Below, one piece after another: positions 43,301 to 55,333 of a stretch of 64,000 nucleotides of DNA. The position numbers and the translations under genes are program-made. How positions within the stretch are numbered: position 1 is the first letter of the stretch; the number at the start of each line of letters is the position of its first letter. The notes under the pieces are model-generated. The model had not been told where the DNA came from. It ran no database searches and saw only the letters and a program-made list of their open reading frames with translations. This DNA is from Octopus vulgaris (taxonomy: Eukaryota). The stretch lies in the NCBI GenBank assembly GCA_951406725.2, contig OX597841.1:13454001-13518000 (forward strand), read 5' to 3'.

Positions 43301-45724
43301 CACTAAATGTTACCCTAGTGTATCCCCTTGATGTTAGCCCAGTGTACCTCTAAATGTTAATCTAGTGTGCCCCTGGATGTTAACCCACTGTATTTGTAAA
43401 CATTAACCTATTGCATTTCTAGGTATTAGCCCAGTATTTTCTTTGAAGTTAGCCCATTGTAACCCCCCGGTGTTAGCCCATTGTGTCCCCCAGATTTTAG
43501 CCCATTGTTAGTCTACCATGTACCCAAATGTTACCTCAATAAATCCTTTTGTTAGCCCAGTGTACCTTTAAATGTTAACTTAGTGTACCCCTAGATATCA
43601 ACCCACTGTATTTGTAAACATTGACTTATGTTAGCCCATTGTATCTCCAAGATATCCATAAATGTGAGTTCCAGTGTGCTCCTATATGTGTGTGTGTGTG
43701 TGTTTCTATTTGTGTACATGTGTGTGTATATGTATTATGGTTATGTGTGCTGATATATATAAACTAGCAGTATCGCCCGGCGTTGCTCAGGTTTGTAAGG
43801 GAAATAACTATATAAGCATTTTTAGAGAGTTACTTCCCTTATATAATAGCAAAAAAATGCATTAAAAACGGAAAAAGATGATGGTAATTTTTTCTTTAAA
43901 TCGTAGACTCATCATAGATGTGCGCTAATACCCAGAAGGGCTCGATATGAATCACGACTATAAGATACCCGGTTTTGGTTAAACTGCACCGCAAAATGTG
44001 GGAGTAGTTAGGAATCTAAATCGTAGGAGACAGACACTCACACAACTTCACTTTTATATATAAAGACTAGCAGTATCGCCCGGTGTTGCTCGGGTTTGTA
44101 AGGGAAATAACTATATAAGCATTTTTAGAGATGTAAAGTATAATAGCCATCTCAATATGGCTAACCACAAAGGGGGGTGTTACTGTAGCTTTTTACGTTC
44201 TGAGATTTAATAATACATTTTTAGAGAGTTACTTCCCTTATATATGCCAAAAATGCATTAAAAATGGAAAAAATTGATGGTAAATTTTTTTTAAATCGTA
44301 GACTCGTCATAGACGTGCGCTAATACCCAGAAGGGCTTGATATGAATCACGACTATAAGATACCCGGTTTTGGTTAAACTGCACCGCAAAATGTGGGAGT
44401 AGTTAGGAATCTAAATCGTAGGAGACAGTCTCACACACACAACTTCAGTTTTATATATAAAGATATCAATTTCTGTTTATTTCAAGTCAATCCGTTTCCA
44501 ACTCATTTCTCTCTCTTCTTCTTCTTCCCAGAACGCAGCCAAGCAAACTGCGGCCGCATCTGTGCACCTGATTAGTGCAGCAAATACAGCTGGCAAATCA
44601 AACTCCAATTCTGTATCTCAGCAGCATCTGCACTTTGAATGCAAGGTAACGTCACCTGACTTTATTCTCGTCTTCTTTTGTAGCCAATTAATTGATTAAT
44701 TAATCCCGTTATTTTTTTTGTTGTAATTGTATAAATGTGTGGGACAGAGGTTTTATTTGGGGTTCGGAAGTTCTTGTAATGCATTTCCATTTCTGATTCC
44801 ACCCCAGTTCCATGAATTTAACCTCGATACCACCATAATCTCACCTTAATACATCATAATCCTAATCTTGTCTTACCTCAAGCTAATCTTGATGCCTACC
44901 CCAATCGCATTTCAATACCACCACCCCAACCATGCCCCAATCCCACCAACCTCACCCATTTGCTTTACCTCATTCCTCACCAACACCTCCCCCATCCTTA
45001 CCCCACCTACAACATTACCCCTCTCCCACCCCAATCATCTCCTGTTCCAACCCCTGACTTAACCCCACTCCCACCAATCTTCAATCTTACCACACGATCT
45101 CACCTCCCCCCAACCGCATACCACCCACCATCAACCTCACACCATCCCCAACCAGCCTCAACACCACCTCCACCACCAATCTCACCCCCACTCCCAAGAA
45201 TCCCACCCCACTCCCCAATCTCCTTTCAATAAATTCCTACCTTCCACTCCCACGCTAATTACTGGTATCTCTTTCTTTTCCAGGCTGTATCAGACCAAAT
45301 GTCTTCTATTGTGCAAGGCGTGAAAGCCACAACACAAAACCCTGAAAATCCTGCCAGTCAGTTAAACCTAATCAATGCCTGTCAGAATTTCATACAGGTA
45401 ACATAATTGTCTTTGAGGAATTGTCATAGATTTACACCTCTCTCTCCCCACCATTATATCTGTGTCTATCTACTTATCTAGCACACCTTAACTTTCTCTA
45501 TGTCTCTCTCTCTCGCTCTCTCTCTTAACACACACACACACACACATGTAACATAATTTCTTGGGTTAAAGCTTCTAATTTGGATGGTTGAAGCTGTGTT
45601 GTCACCTTGGTGTAGTGGTTAGCTTTTAGTTATTTGGTCGATGGCAGATATAACTTGATTCTCATCAATCTTTTTCTGTCTTTTATGCTAGATATATATA
45701 AAAGGATTAATATGTATACATGTT

Positions 45725-45778
<54 letters not shown>

Positions 45779-46634
45779 CACACACACATACATACAGTTG
45801 TGACCTAAAGTCTTTAACATTTTTTGAAAATTGAAATTGTTCTGCCCAAGTACAATTTGATTCAAATACACACAACATAGAGATATACTTACTTAATTAC
45901 TGATCCAATGTTTCAATATATAGAAGAAAAAAATAGGCAAAATCAAAAATCTAGTTCTAGACCAAATTGCTTGCTTTTAATAAGTGGAAGCTAGCACATC
46001 ACATATCCAAAAATAAGTTCCAAACTTTTGACCAGAACTACACACACACACACACACACACACAGAATAGAAAAAAGGATTCAGAAAATCAAACAAAAGT
46101 CTTGGTAAGTTCTCCAGCTAGGAATCTGGCTCTCATTTAAATTTAGGATGCTGTAACTGAAAGTAAATTATGAAACAGCTGTAAACATCTAGAATTAAAT
46201 TTTATCTCCTTTTTCTCCTACTGGATTACCATTATATATACGTGTGTTTGTAAGGCAGCGAGCTGACAGAAACGTTAGCATGCGTGGCGAAATGCTTAGC
46301 AATATTTCATCTGTCTTTATGTTCTGAGTTCAAGTTCCACTGAGGTCAACTTTTCCTTTTGACCTTTCGGGGTCGATAAATTAACTACCGGTTGCATACT
46401 GGGGTCGATCTGATCAATTTTTAATTTCTATACTCTTTCTCTTTACTTTTTTACTTGTTTCAGTCATTTGACTGCGGCCATGCTGGAGCACCGCCTTTAG
46501 TCGAGCAAATCAACCCCGGGACTTATTCTTTTTGTAAGCCCAGTACTTATTGTATCATTCTCTTTTGCCAAACCGCTAAGTGACGGTGACGTAAACACAC
46601 CAGCATCGGTTGTCAAGCAATGCTAGGAGGACAA

Positions 46635-46667
<33 letters not shown>

Positions 46668-47325
46668 CACGACAGGCTTCTTTCAGTTTCCGTCTACCAA
46701 ATCCACTCACAAGGCATTGGTCGGGCCCGGGGCTATAGCAGAAGACACTTGCCCAAGGTGCCATGCAGTGGGACTGAACCTGAAACCATGTGGTTGGTAA
46801 ACAAGCTACTTACCACACAGCCACTCCTGTGCCTATATTCAACTTTCCCTCTTTTTTTTTCTCTTTTTCTGTCGTCTTCAGTTATCAGCAGTTTCTTTTT
46901 CCTTTCTTCCTTCCATGCTGGCAGGGGTTGCAGATGTCGTTGTCTGAAGTACTCACAGCCTCTGAGAACCTCCGCCAGTCTTTGTCAATGTTCTGCCTTA
47001 CCATGTTTTAAATCCATTGCTGTTCCAACTACATGTGCCAACCATTGACCCCTTCACCTGTTTCCTCTTCCTTTTTTGTCTCCCCCTCAACAGCCCTGTG
47101 CTAAATTGATAGATGCCAGTAACGCTGCACTCCCAACGGTCACAGATCCCTCGGCGGCCCTCAATCTCACAAACGGTGTCAAATCTCTCTCTTCAGCTCT
47201 TGCTGAACTTCGATCTTGTACAGGAAAGGTGAGTCTCTCTTTCTCTTGTTGTGTGTATGCGTTCAATAGCTAGAAGTGTGTGTGTGTGTGTATATATATA
47301 TGTATATATATATATATATATATAA

Positions 47326-47370
<45 letters not shown>

Positions 47371-47416
47371 CTGTGTGTGTGTGTGTTGTGTATAGTTATA
47401 TGTGTGTATATATATT

Positions 47417-47449
<33 letters not shown>

Positions 47450-50400
47450 CTATTTGTATATATGTGTGTGTGTATTTGTATATATGTTTGTGTGTTTGTA
47501 TTTGTATATATGTTTGTGTGTATATGTGTGTGTGTGTATATATCTATATATATATGTATGTTTGTGTATATCTATATATGTATGTTTGTGTATATCTGTA
47601 TATGTGTGTGTGTGTATATATGTATATGTGTGTGTGTGTGTGTGTATATATCTGTATATGTGTGTGTGTGTATATATATCTGTATATATATATGTGTGTG
47701 TGTGCATGTCTGTATATATTTGTATATGTATGTATATATCTGTATATATATATATGTGTATGTATATGTATTTACATATGTATGTCTTTACATGTCTGCG
47801 TCTATATCCGAATGCTTACATCTCCATTGAAATTCCCCCCCTTTTCACTGTCTTTTTTTTCTGTTTGTTTTTTTCCCCTCCCCCCATCCCCTAGGCCACC
47901 GATATGTGCCGATACCTCGAACTCGACAGTGCTATTGAAGAACTAAGTCACATTGACCTTGAACTTGAAGATATTCTCAACACAGCAAGGAATGGCAAAT
48001 TAGTTCCATTACCAGGAGAAACGGTAAGTTGCTCTTTCCTCTTTCGCTTTCAACATTCTCTTTTACTCTTTTACTTGTTTCAGTCATTTGACTGCGGCCA
48101 TGCTGGAGCACCGCCTTTAGTCGAGCAAATCGACCCCGGGACTTATTCTTTGTAAGCCCAGTATTTATTCTATCGGTCTCTTTTGCCGAACCGCTAAGTT
48201 ACAGGGACGTAAACACACCAGCATCGGTTGTCAAGCAATGCTAGGGGGACAAACACAGACACACAAACACACACACACACTTATATACATATATACGACG
48301 GGCTTCTTTCAGTTTCCATCTACCAAATCCACTCGCAAGGCATTGGTCGGCCCGGAGCTATAGCAGAAGACACTTGCCCAAGGTGCCACGCAGTGGGACT
48401 GAACCCGGAACTATGTGGTTGGTTAGCAAGCTACTTACCACACAGCCACTCCTGTATATATATATATATACACACATATACAGATATACACAAACATATA
48501 TATACAATTCTATGTATTTTCTCCCTGACTTTGCCCTTATTAACCCCTTAGATTTAAAGGGGCCGTATCCCAACCCCAATATCCTACCCGTTTTAGGTCC
48601 AAACTGGCCAGATCTGCTCTCATACACCCACCCCACAATACCATTTTGAAAATGGTTTCCATGACTACAGAGGGCCTCCTCGGACTAAACGAGATGAAGG
48701 AGATGCTTTGTATGTTAGGTGTTGAGGGGCTGAAATGTTAATTAATGCCAACTGGCCCTCAAAAAACTTACTGTGATTAAAGTGGGCCACAGTGTAATTC
48801 GAGTTGGCCAGGTCTGGGTTTGAGTGTGAGAGAAAGGGTCAGAACGAATTTATTGCTGTTGGAGCCTTTGAGAAAATGGGAGAGGCCAGATAGAGGTGGG
48901 AAAAGATAAAAATAGGGCATACTCACAATGTAGGGGGTGAGTAGAATTGAGTTGAGACAGGAGAAGAAGTGTGGATGGGTAGAGGTTGGGAATGGGTGAG
49001 GGTTTTGTGAATTTAACAGAGAGGTGTTAGGGAATGATAACTTGGGAAGATGGGGAAAAGTAGGTGACAACTGTAGAGGTTATGGGTGGCTGAGGGGTAG
49101 ATGCTACCACTGGATAAGGGATGTTGGTGGCATGATCTGTGATACATACAAGTTGGTGGGAAGCTAGGGGAGAGTAGGAGATGACCGTCAGCACGAATAA
49201 AGAGTGGAATAAAAAGCAGCAGAATCGTAATAGCAGTATGGTAAACTGGGGAGGGATGACAGGGAGCAGGAGGTGGTGGTGTCCTTGAGTAGGTTGCAAA
49301 GATGAGGATGTAGGAGGCAGGTGTAATGCATAGATAAATGAAAAAAAAAATGAAGTTGAGCAAGAGATAATTTGGTTGGTGAGGAGAGCGATCAATGCAA
49401 AATGTGGGTGGAGATGGCATTAATATGCTTTCAGCTGACGATTTGAACTTTTGGCATTTAGTACAAGAAGATTCTTAAAATAATTGATATCCTTGTTACC
49501 CTGTGTATAGTTTTAACCCTGCCACCCAGCTCAAGTGTGTTAGAAGAAATTGTTTTTCTTAAGTAATCCATTTTTTTGTCTTTCGTGTATTCCTTCAGGC
49601 GGAGTCTGCAGTGTCTCTCCTTGGCTCCACATCAAAAACAGTTGGCTCTTCTATGGCCCAGCTCTTGACTGCCACTGTACAGGTAAGATAACATTCTCTT
49701 CTTTTTATTCAAGAATTCTAAATATGTGAAATAATTAAGAAATTTAGACTGTGAATTTTAATTGTGAATTTTTGAGAAATTTTTTTGATAAACCTATCTT
49801 TTTGTGCGTGTGTGTTCAAAACACAGTGGAACCTTCAAGAGAAGGTACAGTGAATCAAGCAAGAATGTGCACTAAGCAAAACCTAAACAGCAACTGACAT
49901 TCTCCTGCCAATATTCCTAGCTTATGAAGGCAGCAAGTTGACAGAAACGTTAGCATGCGGGGCGAAATGCTTGGTGAAATTCCGCTGAGGTCAACTTTGC
50001 CTTTCATCGTTTAGGGGTCGATAGATAAATTAAGTACCAGTTGCATACTGGAGCCGATCTAATGTCTTCTGTTGTGATTTAAAAATTTTTTTTGCAATCT
50101 TTTTTTTTTAAATGCAACTTTCTAATGCTTCGGTTTTGTGTGTTTTTGTGAACAGGGTAACGAAAACCACACCAGTTTGGCAGCTCGTGACACCGCCAAC
50201 GCCTTGCGGAAGTTTGCTTCTGCAGTTCGTGCCGTTGCGGCCACAACAGAAGAGAAGGCCTTACAAGAGCTAATCATCAACAATGCTCGTGACATCATTG
50301 AGAAGTCCAAACTGTTATTGGACGAAGCCAAACAGGCTGTCAACACTCCAAAGAACCCAGAAACGCAACAGAGATTGGCTCAAGTAACACTTCAAACCCT

Positions 50401-53400
50401 TTTCTCTCGCTCTCTCTCTCCTTTCTCTTGCTCTCACTTTCTCTCTCTTTCCCTCCTGTCTCTCTCTCTCCCTCCTGTCTCCCATTTTTCTCTCCCTTTC
50501 TTGTCTCCCTCTCCTTGTCTCTCTCTCTTTCCTATCACTCTCTCTCATGTCTCGTCCTCTCTCCTGTCTCTTCCTCTCTCCTGTCTCTTCCTCTCTCCTG
50601 TCTCTTCCTCTCTCCTTTCTCTTCCTCTCTCCTTTCTCTTCATCTCTCCTTTCTCTTCATCTCTCCTTTATCTTCCTCTCTCTCCTTTATCTTCCTCTCT
50701 CCCGTCTCTTCCTCTCTCCCGTCTCTTCCTCTCTCCCGTCTCTTCCTCTCTCCTGTCTCTTCCTCTCTCCTGTCTCTTCCTCTCTCCTGTCTCTTCCTCT
50801 CTCCTTTATCTTCCTCTCTCCCGTCTCTTCCTCTCTCCTTTCTCTCCCCCTCTCCTGTCTCTCCCTCTCGCTTATCTCTCTCTTGTCTCTCTCTCTCTCT
50901 AAACATCTGTCTGTTTGTCATTGCAGGTAGCCAAAAGTGTGTCCAACGCCTTAAACAATTGCCTGAACTGTTTGCCTGGTCAAAGAGATGTTGATAATGC
51001 CATCCGAGGCATCACAGAGTCCAGCCAGGCTCTTTCAACCTCACAGGTCAGTTGTCTACACCACCACCACCATCTTCTTTTTTTTCAACTAATAGTTGCT
51101 TTTATTAGATGCGTCTTACAAGGTTTTTACCGGTCATAACTTTCATTGACCTAACATACGATATCTAAGGGTTTCTCAACCAGATTTTATCTATGGGGTC
51201 CCTTTGGTTACAGTTTTATTCTGGTGGACCCTAAAGCCATTCGATGACTAAAAACCAGTCACATTAACTTGAGTAGGTTGAACTCTGTAAAATGTTAAAG
51301 AAAGAAACCCAGCTGTTTCTTGCCATACATACCAATACATACATCTAAAACAGGGATCCTCAACCCTTTCTTATCCATGGAACCCTTTGATTTCTATTTC
51401 AATCTGGTGGACCCCCTAACTGGTTTTATAGATTCTTCCTTTAAAATTCCTGTTTTGCCCTTCACACATTAACCCCTGTAGGTTGAACTATGCAAAACAT
51501 GGTTCTCAACCATTTTTTTTATCAACGGACCCTTTGATTATTATTTTTTCCTGGTGGACCCCCAAAACCATATGATGTTTAAAAACTAGTTTTATAGAAA
51601 CTTCTTTCAAAATCCCTATTTCGTTTTTCCCAGATTTGTGTTGGAGAAAGAAACCCAGCTGTTTCTTGCAATACATACCAATACATCTAAAACAGGGGTC
51701 CTCAACCCTTTCTTATCCATGGAACCCTTTAATTACTATTTTAATCTGGTGGACCATAATACCCATTTGATGTTTAAAAACCAGTTTTTGAGAAACTTCT
51801 TTCAAAATTCCTAATTGTGTTACTGTTTCCCATCCCTCTAACCATCTACGTTTTGTCCGTTCTTCTTCAGATCCCAGAGACCAACAGATCATACCAGGAG
51901 GCCCAGGGCGAAATGAACCAAGCGGCCGTGAATTTGAACCAAGCAGCCAGCGACATAGTGACCACGTCGCGCGGCACTCCACAGCAGCTTGCCTCCTCGT
52001 CCAACCGTTATGGACACGCCTACAAGGACTTTGTGGACAGCGGTCTAGTTATGGCTGGCGTCACGAAGGACAGTGACACCCAAATGCAGATAATCGGAGG
52101 ACTGAAAAGTGTGTCCACAGTGTCCAGCAAGTTACTTGTCGTGGCTAAGTCTGTGTCAGCAGACCCCAACGCGCCAAACGCGAAGAACCTACTTGCACAA
52201 GCTGCCAGGGCAGTAACTGACAGCATTAACCAACTCATAAACATTTGTACCGTATCAGCACCAGGACAAAAGGAATGCGATAATGCTTTGCGGCAAATCC
52301 AGATGATGCGTAGCCTGCTCGAAGTTCCCAACGAACCAGTCAGCGACCACTCGTACTACGAGTGTCTGGAGTCAGTCATGCAGATATCAAGGGTTTATAT
52401 ACTTTATTTATATACATATTTATGTTATATATATAAAAATGTCATCCATGTATATATATACCATGTATCCTTGAGTATAATCCACATTATTTCCCCAAAA
52501 TTTTAAGGTCAAAATCCCTAGTACGTATTATACACGAGGTTAAAAATGAAAATTATTTTCTCAGCAATGTCTGAGTCGCTATTTGCTGTCTGGCAATGTT
52601 TATTCAGACGCATTTTGTGATGTTGGGTGCGAAAATACCTTCAGCTAAGCCTGAAAGCAATGAATTCATAAAAGAATCATCCATAACTTGCAGTAAGCAA
52701 CATTTATTAAAATAAAAGTACTCAGAACACAGAATAACATGTAACAAAAACAATTTGCAAACATATTTACATTCCCATATAACAGTTAAGAACATCACCA
52801 TTATTGTATTACGCATGCACGGAAGTGTTTGTTTGACTAGGTGCTGCTGGCTTAATTACACATGACTCAAGTTAGAGAAGGGGTGCATATTATACACAAG
52901 GTTTAGGTTTTTCAGAAGTACAGCCCCCTAAAAATCCCCTGCGTATTATACTCAAGGGTGGACTGTACTCGAGGATTTATGGTATATATATATATATATA
53001 TATTGTGTGTCTGTCTGTTTGTCCTGTCTCTGTATGTACATATTGTCTTGTGTATATCATCGTCCGCTCATCATCAGCTTACTCTCCTCTGATCGGCTAT
53101 TTGCTCCAGCTGGTCGGCTTTATCTGCTTTGGCTATTTCTTACAATCTATGCTTTGTCTTTAATCTCTCTTGCTAATCTCTCTTTCACTAATCCCTTTCC
53201 TTTTCACTCACTAATCTCTCTTCCTCTCGCTCTCTTGCTAATCTCTCTCTCTCTCTCTTGCTAATCTCTCTCTCTTGCTAATCTCTCTCTCTTGCTAATC
53301 TCTCTCTCTTGCTAATCTCTCACTCTTGCTAATCTCTCTCTCTTGCTAATCTCTCTCTCTTGCTAATCTCTCTCTCTTGCTAATCTCTCTCTCTTGCTAA

Positions 53401-54624
53401 TCTCTCTCTCTCGCTAATCTCTCTCTCTCTCGCTAATCTCTCTCTCTCTCGCTAATCTCTCTCTCTCTCACTAATCTCTCTCTCTCTCTCTCACTAATCT
53501 CTCTCTCTCTCACTAATCTCTCTCTCTCTCTCTTGCACTAATCTCTTTCTTTCTTGCTCAGTCTCCCAAATTCTCCCTCTTTCTCTCTTGCTAATCTCTC
53601 CTCCTCTCTTTCCTGCTAATATATATCTGTGTCCTTAATCACTCTCTTCCTAATCCCACTTGCTAATCTTTCTCACTAATCTCTCTATCTTCACTAAAAA
53701 CACTTGGCTTTTGTGGTTGACAGCAGTGAGGGGCCTGTTTTGTACCAACTTCAGCTGGTTGATAGTGAGAGCCATGTCCGGAATGTAAGAAGATTCTTAT
53801 TGTTTCCATTACCTTTAAAGGTTTTCATTTTAAGCTTAAGAATTTGGACAGTTTTTCCCTTTGTTAACATTTTTTCCAGCTGGAACGCCATTTTTTCATC
53901 CTAAGTCTACTGGATCAGGGATTACCTGGGGTTAAACAAAAATATTCATCATATAATGTAGTCCTAGATATACTGTGCCTGAATAAAAAAACGCAATGAT
54001 CATGGCTGGAACACCCTTGATTATATAGGTCAGTTGTATCAGTACTGACCCGGGGTTTAACAACAGCAGCAAAGGACACATTAGATAAAGTAGTCCTAGA
54101 TATACTATGCCTGAATAAAGACGGGATGGCCACAGCTGGAACACTTTTGATCGTCATAGGTCTACTGTATCAAATACGACCCAGGGCTAAATAACCACCG
54201 TGACCACCATCCCGACAACCACACTTTCCTAACAGTTAAAAGCTAACCGTCCGCCGCGCTAAATTTCAATCCTGCTTCCTGCCTACTATCTTGAACTTTA
54301 ACCTTTGACCCTAAACTCTAACCTTTGACCCTGACCTCCAACCCTTAACCTCGAAGCTTTACCTGCTGTGTTCGCGCTCTCATTATTTCTCTTCTGTTTC
54401 CCTGTACAGACTGTCTCCACTAAGGAACTCCAGGTAAGTCCCTGTAAGGTGATCACTAATTCTACATACATATATCTACATATGTATGTATATATATTTA
54501 CGTATGTAAATGCACTTGTGTGTATAGGAATGGGTTTTTCTTTTTTTTTCTCATTTTCAACATTATCGATTTTGTTTCTTTTATCTAAATTATCTGTACT
54601 GGTTTGTTTATTATTTTTTTTAAT

Positions 54625-54697
<73 letters not shown>

Positions 54698-55035
54698 TAT
54701 TAGTTGCATGTCAAGTGATTGTGTATTCTTTACTATTTTGTCCTCTTCATATCTTTTCCACTCATCCTTTCATGGTGTGTATATATATATATATGTATAT
54801 ATATATATAATCAAAATAAGCAACAAGGATATCCAAGGTATTGTAGTACAATTGTTTCATGCTGCTTCATTTTATTAAACACTGATGTAGCATGAAACGA
54901 TTGTACTACCCTACCTTGGATATCCTTGTTTCTTATTTTGATTATAATCACCCCATTTGATTTATATGGATAATACCATACCAAATTCTGGTGCCTTTAA
55001 CTTAAGTACCATATTCATCTGAATCTAAGTTTTTG

Positions 55036-55073
<38 letters not shown>

Positions 55074-55296
55074 GTGTGTGTGTGTAGGTTTTTTTATATT
55101 TGAACGGAAGCTAAGAATTTGTCTTGTTTTATACCACTCTGAGCATCAGGGGTTTCACCTGATGAGCTCTTGTGTGAAACTCACTTTGCAAGATGCTCCC
55201 AACTTCAGTTTCAATAAAGGACTCTATTTTCTGCAACATGTATTGAGAACTTCTCACTCATTTGTTTGACATGAAGCAATGCAGGTATATATATAC

Positions 55297-55333
<37 letters not shown>

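Noticed and set aside
50384-50902. Read-through extension of the talin ORF into Ser/Leu/Pro-rich sequence (also 37202-37708, 39902-40333)
   Set aside because: Stop-poor intronic repeats; canonical donors restore talin homology.
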